Virus record (IMG/VR): IMGVR_UViG_2806311071_000002
Location: 58,256 to 122,255 of that record
Reading direction: 5' to 3' (one strand)
Length of the DNA: 64,000 bases
DNA from: a virus
Lineage: Duplodnaviria; Caudoviricetes
Shown piece after piece: positions 1 to 9,029 of this stretch. Positions within the stretch are counted from its first letter, which is position 1, and each line of letters begins with the position of its first letter. The notes beneath the pieces were generated by a model that saw only the letters and a list, made by a program, of their open reading frames with translations, was not told where the DNA came from and ran no database searches. The translations under genes were made by a program, and so were the position numbers.

Positions 1-53
1 TTTTCCCTTACTTATGCGAAATTGGACTTATCTCGTGATGATCTTTAAAGCAC

Positions 54-88
54 AAAAGACGCCTAGCTCAATGAGCCAAACGTCTTCT
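54..88 (-). terminator. Intrinsic terminator downstream of aimP
   Basis: Minus strand reads AAGACGTTTGGCTCA-T-TGAGCTAGGCGTCTT followed by a T run. Confidence 0.75.
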
Positions 89-151
89 TGGTTTCATAAT
101 TTAATTTAATTAAGTAAATAATATAATCTTCTTAATTATGTGTCAAGGTTT

Positions 152-277
152 TTATGCGCCTCGTGGCATTCCGGCTACTTCATATTCGCCAGAAGCTTGT
201 TGGCTAGATGTGTTAACTCCTGCAAATGAGACAAAAAGTGCTCCCAAAATAATTGCTGCCATAACTACTTTTTTCAT
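152..277 (-). CDS. aimP: Arbitrium pro-peptide, 41 aa MKKVVMAAIILGALFVSFAGVNTSSQQASGEYEVAGMPRGA; mature signal GMPRGA
   Basis: Translated by hand (not in the ORF track). GAAAGGAGGTGA RBS, signal peptide, C-terminal GMPRGA, directly downstream of aimR. Confidence 0.96.
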   Translation of the reverse strand: MKKVVMAAIILGALFVSFAGVNTSSQQASGEYEVAGMPRGA

Positions 278-297
278 GCTCTCACCTCCTTTCAAGT

Positions 298-1458
298 TTA
301 CAACGCCAGCAGATTTAAAAGCTGTTCATTCTCTCCAAGCTGCTTTAACATTATTAACGGTAATCTGATAAGAAACTTGTCATTTGATTTTTTAAAATAT
401 TCAATTGATGAGTAGAAGCATTGCTTGTCCATTCTGAGTTTTCCTTTTAAGTAATAATGCATGGCCAACTCATTATCGTTATGTTCCAAATGATCTAATT
501 GCTCTAGGATTTCTTTTGCTTTTTCTGTATTTTTTTTATTTATAAGCATATGTGCGTATTCCTGTAAATCAATTATTTCCTTAGAATCTGTGTTTAGAAA
601 ATCGTTTTCTTTTTCCCAAACATTGTTTAAAAAACAGAGAGCTTGTCCCAATATTCTTTTATAGATGTAATTGTCCGTTGAAGCACTTAAACCCTTTAGA
701 AAAAATTCTTTAGCTTGATTGTAATCTGAGAATAATAAGGAATTGCCAGCAGTTAGATAGCTAAAAACTTGGAACCTTTGGATATTGGTGCTGTCAATTG
801 CTTTCTTTGCATACTCTCTACATTCACTTAACTTGTTCTCATTAAGTTTGATATTCGATTGTAAAACAAAAACTCGGGTTTGATACAGACTTTTGAGAAA
901 AAGATTTTCTTTAACTTCAGAAAGGTCAACTTGTTTTATTAGTCTATCCATTGGAGCAAAGTTGCCTGACTCTAGATAATGGTATAGCAAAGATATACGC
1001 GCAAAGTTGTTCATTTCAGTTGTTTTAATATTTAGTCTTCCAAGCCTTTTTGTCGCCTCAAACTCATTAATATTTCCTTGCGTAAGCTCTCTATGTATCT
1101 CGTACACCTTGCCATATTCTTTACTTTTATTATTGCTGCTTTTAATCATTAAATTTATCAACCGGTCTTCAATTTCATAAAACTTATTCGCATCTGCATA
1201 CTCTAAAGCACTTCTTGCCGCTTTAGTATTTGGATCAAGATGCGCACAATAGTCCTTCATTAGCTCATTTTCGCGTTCAGGATACTGGCTTTTCACAATA
1301 TTTACAAGAGAAGAGAATTCATTAAAAGTTTTCCCATCATGATTTAGGAAATCGTAAAGAGGGTTTGGGTTTTTAAGACCGGCTACCGTTGCCCATTTAC
1401 TCATGAGTGATTTATCATTTTCTAAATCTTTCCGCATAGCTATTCTTATAAGCTCCAT
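298..1458 (-). CDS. aimR: Arbitrium receptor / transcription factor (HTH + TPR, RRNPP family)
   Basis: 386 aa, MELIRIAMRKDLENDKSLMSKWA N-terminus as in SPbeta AimR (YopK); adjacent to aimP. Confidence 0.96.
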   Translation of the reverse strand: MELIRIAMRKDLENDKSLMSKWATVAGLKNPNPLYDFLNHDGKTFNEFSSLVNIVKSQYPERENELMKDYCAHLDPNTKAARSALEYADANKFYEIEDRLINLMIKSSNNKSKEYGKVYEIHRELTQGNINEFEATKRLGRLNIKTTEMNNFARISLLYHYLESGNFAPMDRLIKQVDLSEVKENLFLKSLYQTRVFVLQSNIKLNENKLSECREYAKKAIDSTNIQRFQVFSYLTAGNSLLFSDYNQAKEFFLKGLSASTDNYIYKRILGQALCFLNNVWEKENDFLNTDSKEIIDLQEYAHMLINKKNTEKAKEILEQLDHLEHNDNELAMHYYLKGKLRMDKQCFYSSIEYFKKSNDKFLIRLPLIMLKQLGENEQLLNLLAL

Positions 1459-1499
1459 TCGTTTCCCCTCTTTTCATATGTTCCTTTATTTATAATCTT

Positions 1500-1554
1500 A
1501 TAATACAGAATAAACACAATCTCGTCAACGATATAATGCTTATTTTTTATTTTT
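1500..1554 (-). promoter_or_regulatory. sigmaA-like aimR promoter (TTGACG-17-TATTAT) with upstream 19-bp repeated element AAAAATAAAAAATAAGCAT
   Basis: Hexamers at 1528-1523 and 1505-1500; element at 1536-1554 recurs at four other sites. Confidence 0.6.
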
Positions 1555-1611
1555 ATCTATTTAAAATTCGTATTTTATGAAGACATGATCCTCTTAATGA
1601 GGTCATGTCAG

Positions 1612-2178
1612 TTATTTGTATTGATAGTAAACACCCTTCTTGTTTAGCTTTTCAATAACTTCGTGTTTGAATGGTTCTCCAAGAATTGCAAATCTAACTG
1701 TATAATTACCTACTAGGATATCCTGAAAAGACAGATTGGATATTATTTTGCTGGTTTCCCCTTCCGGTTGGCGTCTAAAGAGTAAACTCTTTCTGTATTC
1801 TTTAAAGTCATTTATTTCACACTCGTTCACTTTTACAAAATGCTCAATTAAACGTTCCATTTTTTCTTTACTCGAATACATTTGTGTGAAACCAAAGTGA
1901 TGAAAAGCATGACAATTCGCACAGATTAGATTTAACCCAATTAATTTAACTACAATATTTTCATAATCATACTCTTCATGCTCATGTATATGAAGCTTGC
2001 TCGTTTCACCGTTTTTAGGCGAATATTTGCAAATGCTACATACAGGAATTTTCTTTTGTAAAATTTGATCTCTTATTTTAGCCCAAAGTGATTGCCCTAT
2101 CGTTTTTCTGATTGTCTTTCCATGAAACATACCTGGTTTAGCATCAATCTTCAATTTGAAATGAGTAAAATCATCCAT
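1612..2178 (-). CDS. HNH-family nuclease-like Zn-binding protein
   Basis: CSIC...HIHEH...CANCHAFHH pattern. Confidence 0.7.
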   Translation of the reverse strand: MDDFTHFKLKIDAKPGMFHGKTIRKTIGQSLWAKIRDQILQKKIPVCSICKYSPKNGETSKLHIHEHEEYDYENIVVKLIGLNLICANCHAFHHFGFTQMYSSKEKMERLIEHFVKVNECEINDFKEYRKSLLFRRQPEGETSKIISNLSFQDILVGNYTVRFAILGEPFKHEVIEKLNKKGVYYQYK

Positions 2179-2205
2179 AAAATCATCCCTCTTTAAGATA
2201 TTAAT

Positions 2206-2832
2206 TTATTTACGTTCTTCCCACCATGCTTCTATTTTTTCTACTCTCATTTCAGATTCTAGGTGATTGATGCTTTCATTAACCTGGTGATATTCTTTTA
2301 ATAGGGCAATATAATTTTCAATTAGAGTTTTTAACTCTGCACAGCCTTCTATATAGATATACTTATTATATCTTACTTGATTTTTCCTAAGTATATCCTT
2401 TATCCAATCAGCATCTGAATATCGGATTTGAACTATGTCAAAGGTAGCCAAAACTTTTCCCAGCTCCCCTATTGCAAATTTAAACTCTAAATCAATTTTT
2501 TCAGGAAGCTTATATACATTTTCATTTTTAGTAAGATCCTTTCCCATCCATAAAGAGTCTTTGTCTAAATATTTAGCTACACGAATTGGAACGGTTTCTT
2601 TAACATTTATAAGCTTAGCTTTTAACTTCTTTCTTTTTTTAATATTGAAGGAAAAAAACTTATCTGATTGTTTTTTTAATGTTCTCATAATTTCATGATC
2701 AATCCAGGATTTAGCGAATTTACATAACTCATCAGTTAATGCAACCCGAGTCTCTTTTAGTTTTTTTAAAAGTTGTTCTTTGGTTGAACTTTGCTTTTTA
2801 TATGTTTCTGTATCCAACTGGGCAACCTCCAT
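2206..2832 (-). CDS. Hypothetical helical/coiled-coil protein, translationally coupled to the SIR2-like gene
   Basis: 208-aa ORF whose ATG abuts the upstream TAA stop. Confidence 0.7.
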   Translation of the reverse strand: MEVAQLDTETYKKQSSTKEQLLKKLKETRVALTDELCKFAKSWIDHEIMRTLKKQSDKFFSFNIKKRKKLKAKLINVKETVPIRVAKYLDKDSLWMGKDLTKNENVYKLPEKIDLEFKFAIGELGKVLATFDIVQIRYSDADWIKDILRKNQVRYNKYIYIEGCAELKTLIENYIALLKEYHQVNESINHLESEMRVEKIEAWWEERK

Positions 2833-4155
2833 TTAGTTTTTATTTATTTCACCTGCAGACTTCACAAAGTATTTTTCGAGAATCGATTGAGTATTAATAC
2901 AATGGAGTTCTATTTGTTTCACGTAGTTAGTAAATTCATCGTTAAATGTTACAATTTTTGTATACATTTCCTCAAATGAATCTCTATCTTCTGAATTGAA
3001 ATAACAATATATAATTTTTGGCCTTTTCACATTCCTAGAAAAAAGTGAATACATAACAGAACGTAAGATGTGATAATCGTTTTCAATATTCATACCAAAT
3101 ATTAAGACATTGTTGATACAATTTCTTTTAAATGTCTCTTCTATGTCCTCTGAATAGTACGATTTTATTTTATTATAATAATTATTTTTGATAGAATAAT
3201 GAGCAATTAAGTTATATTGAGTTTTATATATAAAATAGTCTCCGATTATTATGTCCGAGAAGCTGACGTATTCTTTTCCATCAATCAACCCAAGACTTTG
3301 GTTATAAACAAACTCAATTTTATTTTTTATAAACTTACCATGCGGATGAATTATAGAATCGTTTTCTAAAAGTGTGTCCGCAATAAGGTCATAATTAAAT
3401 GAAAGCAATGATGTGAATAAATTCAAAAATTTTTTAATGCCGCACAAATTTAATTTATCTTTTTTCTCTAATTGGCTAAAATCACATGATTTCCCATTAG
3501 CATAGATAGCTATTGAAAAAAGCATTCTTATGTAGGTCGCAAAACCATTCATTATAGTGTTTTCCAGCACGTGACTTTTTTGTGAAAGTAAAATTCGGCT
3601 TTTGTGTCCAGCAATAATTGATTCAACAAATGTGTTACTTTGTGGAAAAGAAAATGTTCCTTTGTCAAGCTCACTAATTGCGAAATAAAAATAAATTAAA
3701 ATACTCCAGTTTTCAATATTAACATACTTATAACCTCTTCTATTTCCAACTTCACAAATATTCTTTAGGACATCAATTTCACTAATATTAAAAGCCAATG
3801 TATGAATCATTTCTTTACTTGAAAGACTTTGAAGTACCATGTCGTTATTTATAATCTCATTTGCTAGCGCTAATCCATCTTTGAATAAATTTTCAAGGTC
3901 TATTTCTGAATAAAATTTCAAATGTCTATAAACACCTGTAAAATTGTCTTTACATTTCTCCTTAAATCTTGAGTTTACTCCTTTTATATTGTATTGACCT
4001 TTCTTCGAAATTATTTTTTTATGAGAATCATATAATCGATTATAAATTCCGCTAAAACAATCATCAAAATTAATACTGAAACCATTACCTAATAATATTG
4101 CACTATTGCTGTTAATTATATAATCTTCTAACTGTTCCAGACATAAATTTTTCAA
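2833..4155 (-). CDS. SIR2-like (SIR2_2/DUF4917-type) domain protein, YopC-like
   Basis: LLGNGFS, SFNYD, HPHG and IFGMNIENDYHI motifs of the SIR2-like Rossmann fold; size and sequence resemble SPbeta YopC as recalled. Confidence 0.7.
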   Translation of the reverse strand: MKNLCLEQLEDYIINSNSAILLGNGFSINFDDCFSGIYNRLYDSHKKIISKKGQYNIKGVNSRFKEKCKDNFTGVYRHLKFYSEIDLENLFKDGLALANEIINNDMVLQSLSSKEMIHTLAFNISEIDVLKNICEVGNRRGYKYVNIENWSILIYFYFAISELDKGTFSFPQSNTFVESIIAGHKSRILLSQKSHVLENTIMNGFATYIRMLFSIAIYANGKSCDFSQLEKKDKLNLCGIKKFLNLFTSLLSFNYDLIADTLLENDSIIHPHGKFIKNKIEFVYNQSLGLIDGKEYVSFSDIIIGDYFIYKTQYNLIAHYSIKNNYYNKIKSYYSEDIEETFKRNCINNVLIFGMNIENDYHILRSVMYSLFSRNVKRPKIIYCYFNSEDRDSFEEMYTKIVTFNDEFTNYVKQIELHCINTQSILEKYFVKSAGEINKN

Positions 4156-4200
4156 ACGTATTCCCCTTTTATAAATAGATTGCTTTCATGAAGCATTACT

Positions 4201-4332
4201 TTAAAGTCTCTTCCATTCTACATACTCAAATCGCTGCTGATAAAGGTCTTCCAGAATTGCGGCCCATTCAACCCAGCCGTCCGCAACGATGCTTTTCTTC
4301 TCCCCATCCTCAATCCATTCAATCCAGTACAC
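4201..4332 (-). CDS. yopG: Small phage protein, 43 aa MYWIEWIEDGEKKSIVADGWVEWAAILEDLYQQRFEYVEWKRL
   Basis: Translated by hand; GTG start with AAGGGG RBS; follows yopE-yopF as in SPbeta. Confidence 0.75.
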   Translation of the reverse strand: MYWIEWIEDGEKKSIVADGWVEWAAILEDLYQQRFEYVEWKRL

Positions 4333-4343
4333 CTGCACACCCC

Positions 4344-4559
4344 TTACCTAGTGATAACTTCAATTTGTCTTATAGCAGAAATGACTTTAAATTGTGTATG
4401 CAGCTCGTTTGAGATCACTAAAGCTTCTGACATTGTAGTGAACTTAGAAGCGCCATGAAGCCCCTTAGATGTCTTATAACCACTTCCATCTAATTTAAAT
4501 GACTTGAAGTAATCATCATTATCAAATTGAATAACAAAAAAGTTATCGATAACCGGCAT
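4344..4559 (-). CDS. yopF: Conserved SPbeta small protein
   Basis: 71 aa, synteny yopE-yopF-yopG. Confidence 0.7.
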   Translation of the reverse strand: MPVIDNFFVIQFDNDDYFKSFKLDGSGYKTSKGLHGASKFTTMSEALVISNELHTQFKVISAIRQIEVITR

Positions 4560-4561
4560 AG

Positions 4562-4813
4562 CTAACCCCTCTTCAACAGACCAGCAATTTTTATGGCCAG
4601 TGGCAGCAATCCAATTAATATGTAAAACACCATGATATTTATTTTATTCTTAAAGAAAAGTTCAATCATATTCTGCTCCATGCCTGGTGAAAATGAATCA
4701 ATCAGTTCCTGCTTAAACTCTTCATCATAAACCTGATCAACAAATAAGGCCTTAACTCCCGTTAGAAAGCCAACACCAAGCCAGAGTATTAAGAAATATG
4801 CTATTCCAATCAA
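4562..4813 (-). CDS. yopE: Two-TM membrane protein
   Basis: 83 aa with two hydrophobic segments; AAGGAGG RBS; synteny. Confidence 0.7.
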   Translation of the reverse strand: MIGIAYFLILWLGVGFLTGVKALFVDQVYDEEFKQELIDSFSPGMEQNMIELFFKNKINIMVFYILIGLLPLAIKIAGLLKRG

Positions 4814-4883
4814 ATTAAAGCCCTCCTTATATACATCGTCTGGTATTATAGTAGTGTTAAATACTTTGTGTAGGTGAAATTTA

Positions 4884-5066
4884 ATGGAAGAGAAAGATTT
4901 TGAGACTAATGGCTACGATGTAACAGTTGTGTATGATTATAAGGAGTATCCCGATGTTAAATATGGCCGCTGTGACAACTGTGATTATGCTTTGTTCAAG
5001 AGTTCAGTGAAAAGTGGTGTGTTTTTACGTGAGTGTCGTAGGTGTGGTATGAAGAAGAGCATTTAG
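4884..5066 (+). CDS. Small Zn-ribbon protein (YoyH-like)
   Basis: CDNC...CRRC motifs. Confidence 0.65.
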   Translation: MEEKDFETNGYDVTVVYDYKEYPDVKYGRCDNCDYALFKSSVKSGVFLRECRRCGMKKSI

Positions 5067-5080
5067 TTTAATGCTCTTTT

Positions 5081-5305
5081 TTATTTCACTGGATCCATGT
5101 AGCTTACATATACTTCAATTCCGTCTTCAGTTTTATATTCCGCAATTTTGTCTGGATCCGATTCAATCTTTTCAATAAGCCGCTTTGCACTTTTATTGCC
5201 CTTTTCACTATTTGATGCAACAATCCAAGACCAATAATTCCATTCAGAGATGCAGGACTTAATCTTTTCTGGTATCTTATGACCTCTTGTATAAACCTTG
5301 ATCAT
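5081..5305 (-). CDS. Hypothetical protein
   Basis: 74-aa ORF with GGGGGAG RBS. Confidence 0.6.
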   Translation of the reverse strand: MIKVYTRGHKIPEKIKSCISEWNYWSWIVASNSEKGNKSAKRLIEKIESDPDKIAEYKTEDGIEVYVSYMDPVK

Positions 5306-5411
5306 TTATTCGTCTCCCCCTATAAAATAATGCTTGTTCTTGATCCCTTTGCCTCTGCAAAAAAAGTCTGCAACGTGATAAGGTTAACCAAATTACCTTA
5401 GGAGTGTTTGC

Positions 5412-5642
5412 ATGCTAAAAGCTACAAAAATTCTCATTTCATTTATGGCGTTGTTACTAGCCGTGTATTCTCTGTTTAATCAAAGTGGATTCCTGTTGAT
5501 TTCTCTTCAGGTATTAGTTGCAGTTCTTTTTATCATAGTCGGGCTGGAATTACTTTCAAAGAAACAAAAGAGCTATGGATATATCTTCTTTGGAACATCC
5601 GCCTTTATACTTGCCGTGAATATTATTAAATTCATGATTTAA
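5412..5642 (+). CDS. yoyI: Small three-TM membrane protein (YoyI/YczI-like)
   Basis: 76 aa, three hydrophobic helices, AGGAG RBS. Confidence 0.6.
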   Translation: MLKATKILISFMALLLAVYSLFNQSGFLLISLQVLVAVLFIIVGLELLSKKQKSYGYIFFGTSAFILAVNIIKFMI

Positions 5643-5732
5643 ACCTCAGATGATAGTGCCTTTATGTATCTCAATCTCTTGTTGAATACATAGTCTTCAA
5701 GCCCATTTCAATTTATAATTTTTCTTATCTCA

Positions 5733-5960
5733 TTATTTAATCCAATGAGCTAGTGGAACGCTCAGCACCTGATATTGTTCAACTAAGTAAGCATGTTTCC
5801 TTTCCCAGGTATTTTTCTTCCATGCTTTTTGATTTGTGAATGACGAATCTATTGGCTTTGGATATTCTCCGTCCACCCAGCCATCTTCAATATGATTCAG
5901 CTTGGCTTCGTTGACTTTATCATCGTTTTTGTACCATACAGTTATCATTTTGGCTGCCAT
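5733..5960 (-). CDS. Hypothetical protein (likely start MAAKMITV)
   Basis: GGGAGG RBS in front of the internal ATG. Confidence 0.55.
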   Translation of the reverse strand: MAAKMITVWYKNDDKVNEAKLNHIEDGWVDGEYPKPIDSSFTNQKAWKKNTWERKHAYLVEQYQVLSVPLAHWIK

Positions 5961-6018
5961 ATGTCCTCCCTCTCCCATTAAAGTTTTATATGGATTGAAA
6001 GACTATTGAAAATAACGT

Positions 6019-6651
6019 TTAATGATTATATTCTTCAACCCCCGCAGAAGATAATACAACAGAGTAAGTTGAATTACCGATCATTATATTGTCAACTCTT
6101 TTTATTGCTTTAGAATAAAGTTTAGAAAGGTTTTGAGGGAATTGATAATATAGTGGTTGTTTGGCTATTTCACTCCCTATAAAATTTACTGTTTCATCTG
6201 TAAGCAAGTCCTCTTGATCCGGATTGTTGGAGTGCATCTTTATGGCCGCCTCTCTTTCGACTCCAATGTAGTCATCATCTGAAGAAAAAGAGTATAATTT
6301 CGGCTGATTTTGATTTATATATCCGAGGAAAAACACCGAAATTGGAGGTATGTCAGGATAACTTGTTTCAAAAAATGTTTTTCCATTCTTAAATGCCTCT
6401 TTGAAAAAAATTAGAGGATCAATATAATTGTTTATTCCATCTATTCTCGCATAAATGTATTCAAATGCTTTTTTTGCTATATCTGCTCTTCCAGCAAAAG
6501 AAACAATGTACTTATCCTTTATAATCTTAATCTTCTTGTAGTCATCAGAAACTACCTCAAATTCTTGACCAAAACCGTTAGATTTGGTTACTCTTTTATC
6601 AGCAGTCATAATTATGCTATTATCTGAAATTACTGTTATCACCATCGTCAT
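6019..6651 (-). CDS. Ntn-hydrolase of proteasome-beta/HslV type
   Basis: After Met removal: Thr1, Asp17, Arg19, KKI and FAG motifs, matching the HslV/beta-subunit N-terminal pattern. Confidence 0.6.
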   Translation of the reverse strand: MTMVITVISDNSIIMTADKRVTKSNGFGQEFEVVSDDYKKIKIIKDKYIVSFAGRADIAKKAFEYIYARIDGINNYIDPLIFFKEAFKNGKTFFETSYPDIPPISVFFLGYINQNQPKLYSFSSDDDYIGVEREAAIKMHSNNPDQEDLLTDETVNFIGSEIAKQPLYYQFPQNLSKLYSKAIKRVDNIMIGNSTYSVVLSSAGVEEYNH

Positions 6652-6788
6652 TCATTCATCATGCCCTTTCCATAACAAACTTTATTGAGTCCTAGGAACA
6701 CAATGTCCTAGATGTCTTATATCTGGTTAAAAGTACGATTTTATGTAGACCTAGAAATCTTGTAAGTATTTACTGTTCTTGTAACTTT

Positions 6789-6817
6789 AGTATATCATGA
6801 TCACTTTAAGTGATCAA
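6789..6817 (-). promoter_or_regulatory. sigmaA-like promoter TTGATC-17-TATACT overlapped by the perfect palindrome TGATCACTT-T-AAGTGATCA
   Basis: Palindrome at 6798-6816 read directly from the sequence. Confidence 0.65.
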
Positions 6818-7028
6818 TATCTTTTTCATCTTTTTTGTAAATCAACAGCTCATGCAGCTCAATGTCTAAATATGTACAGACTTTATCTAACAGGTCTCTT
6901 GGGTACCGCTCCATTTCGTCATGATACAGCTTCCTAACTGTGTTAAAACCATGGTCAATATCATTGGACAGCTTTCGAATACTGATATTCCTTTCGTCTA
7001 ATATCGGCTTTAAATTTGATTTAATCAA
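6801..7028 (-). CDS. yopB: Cro/C1-type (XRE) HTH regulator
   Basis: 75 aa [21 protein letters not shown]...; resembles SPbeta YopB. Confidence 0.8.
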   Translation of the reverse strand: MIKSNLKPILDERNISIRKLSNDIDHGFNTVRKLYHDEMERYPRDLLDKVCTYLDIELHELLIYKKDEKDIDHLK

Positions 7029-7054
7029 TTTTACTACCCCTCATTCATTATGTA

Positions 7055-7095
7055 TGATCACTTTAAATTATCATCATATGCATAAAAAAGGTCAA
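7055..7095 (-). promoter_or_regulatory. yopB promoter (TTGACC-17-GATAAT) with imperfect operator TGATCACTTTAAATTATCA over the -10/TSS
   Basis: Operator at 7055-7073 differs from the 6798 palindrome at two positions. Confidence 0.6.
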
Positions 7096-7121
7096 GGATA
7101 TACCTTGACTATGTATTAAGC

Positions 7122-7565
7122 TTACCAATCATCATCCGGCTCATCATGTTCGAATCCATAAAAGCCTTTAATCCAGACGTCACCGCAGCCGGTTCCTTTT
7201 GTGATACTTAAGTAATGATTCCTGTTTGCATCACCATTCACCTTATCCTCTGCGCTCAAGTTCAAATGATTTCCCGTGAAATTCTTTTCACTTAGAGTAA
7301 AATCATAACCTGCCAGTGTAATTCTTTGGAGTTTAAAATTTAATGTACAACCTTCAGCATTGTAAATGGTGAACCTGTATCCCAACTTAGTTGGCCAATA
7401 CTCGAGATTGGTGTCATCAGCCATAAAAAAGCCCGTTTCATTCTCAGTCATTTTAAAGCTGACCTTATGTTCATCTTTTGTAATCTTAGCCGAAACAACT
7501 CCACTGCTCAAACACCAAGTTAAAGACACAGCAGCAATACTCAAACCTAACTTTTTCATATTCAT
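7122..7565 (-). CDS. Secreted protein, YoaW-like
   Basis: Sec signal peptide; NLEYWPTKL, YNAEGCTLN and GCGDVWIKGFYGFEH segments recall B. subtilis YoaW. Confidence 0.65.
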   Translation of the reverse strand: MNMKKLGLSIAAVSLTWCLSSGVVSAKITKDEHKVSFKMTENETGFFMADDTNLEYWPTKLGYRFTIYNAEGCTLNFKLQRITLAGYDFTLSEKNFTGNHLNLSAEDKVNGDANRNHYLSITKGTGCGDVWIKGFYGFEHDEPDDDW

Positions 7566-7639
7566 CCCCCTTCTTCCAAATTATACAGCATTTGTTGTGG
7601 AAGAGAGAGAACTGATGATATAAAATTATATTATTTCAT

Positions 7640-8368
7640 CTACATTTTTCTTAGTTTTTTATGTTCCTCTTTGATTGCATTAAAAAGATAAATAGAAAGA
7701 GGAGAATCCCAGCCAAACCCTTGTGTTTTAAATAACTTATTTATGTAGTTCCTTCTTTTCTTTATATTTGTAAGATCTAAAAATTCATCAGTATCTTTAT
7801 CTTTTATCCTGTCAATAATTAAATTTACGATTTTTTCAAAATCGTCGTTGTGATATATTGGTTTATCAATTATATTCCCATAAACCCTGTTGTAGCCTTT
7901 CGGAAAAGCTTCATAAGCCCTTATAGCAATATCCTCTAATTCATTTAATGTGGAATAAGAGCTAGAATATAGAGATATCAAATCAATTGTAAATTTGTTT
8001 CCCGATATATAGTCTTTATAAATATATTCGTTACCCTCATTGTTGAAATGCTTGAAAACTCTGTTATATATCTTAACAGCCTGACCAATGTAATATTTGT
8101 CATATGTGTGATTCCTAATAATATATATTCCTGAAAAATTCTTAATACCTAATTGATCTCTTATAGACTTTTTGCTATACTCAAGAATTTCTTCGGGAGA
8201 ATATGTAGGCAACTTCTTTCTTAGCTTATCAAGGTATTCTTTTGATTCCCTTTTATCTTTATTTCGTTTAAGTTCGGCATCCTTTCTGTAGTGATAAGAT
8301 GGAGCAAATTGTGGCACATAGCTATCTACAACACTTCGTATCCAATTGAGTTCTTCTTTTGTAAACAT
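7640..8368 (-). CDS. GIY-YIG nuclease domain protein
   Basis: GIYIIRN...YYIGQA...R...E...GYN motifs. Confidence 0.8.
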   Translation of the reverse strand: MFTKEELNWIRSVVDSYVPQFAPSYHYRKDAELKRNKDKRESKEYLDKLRKKLPTYSPEEILEYSKKSIRDQLGIKNFSGIYIIRNHTYDKYYIGQAVKIYNRVFKHFNNEGNEYIYKDYISGNKFTIDLISLYSSSYSTLNELEDIAIRAYEAFPKGYNRVYGNIIDKPIYHNDDFEKIVNLIIDRIKDKDTDEFLDLTNIKKRRNYINKLFKTQGFGWDSPLSIYLFNAIKEEHKKLRKM

Positions 8369-9029
8369 TAAACAACCCCTATTCTTCGAATTGATGTTTG
8401 CATGAAATGGTGTTTTTATTTTAATATAATTTAGAAGATTAGTGTTTTATCCAACAACTTTGATATTTTCGCTTTCACAAGATGGGCAGTCATCATCAAA
8501 GTCATCACCGATCCATTTATACCCACACTCTTCACACTCGATGAGTAACTTATCCACTGTTTATCTCCCCTTTTTAAAGGATATTGCATGCAGTTTTATT
8601 TCAACCTATTTTTATTTCTTGTAAATAATTTATTAATCAATATATCCGAGAGGTAGAGGGTCTTGGAAAAGAGATTGGTGAACTGCGATTACCTCTGAGT
8701 CACCATTTTCTTTTGATTTATCTACGATTTCAAGCATGATACTATCTAATGCACCTTTTGTTTTCTTGACTTCAATTTCCATATTTGTACTCCTCTCATT
8801 ATTGATAATCTTTTTAATAAGTTGTTTTATTTAATCTCAGCTTCAATTTGCACATATTCGCCTAATGGTTCAACACATCGTACTTGATACATGCAGTCGT
8901 CATAAGTATTGAGCAGTACCTGTGTTTCCTCTGTTATTTCCCCTTTGTTTATCATCTCTTGCAATGAATCAATTAATTGTTTTACCTTCATGGCTATTAT
9001 ATTTCCCCTCTCTTTAACTACTCAGTTGC

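Noticed and set aside
138-368. 76-aa plus-strand ORF in the track
   Set aside because: It is the antisense shadow of aimP and the aimR 3' end.
6798-6816. AimR operator (contains ATCACT and AGTGAT)
   Set aside because: SPbeta AimR half-sites are separated by about 25 bp as recalled; here they are only a few bases apart, and the copies track yopB instead.
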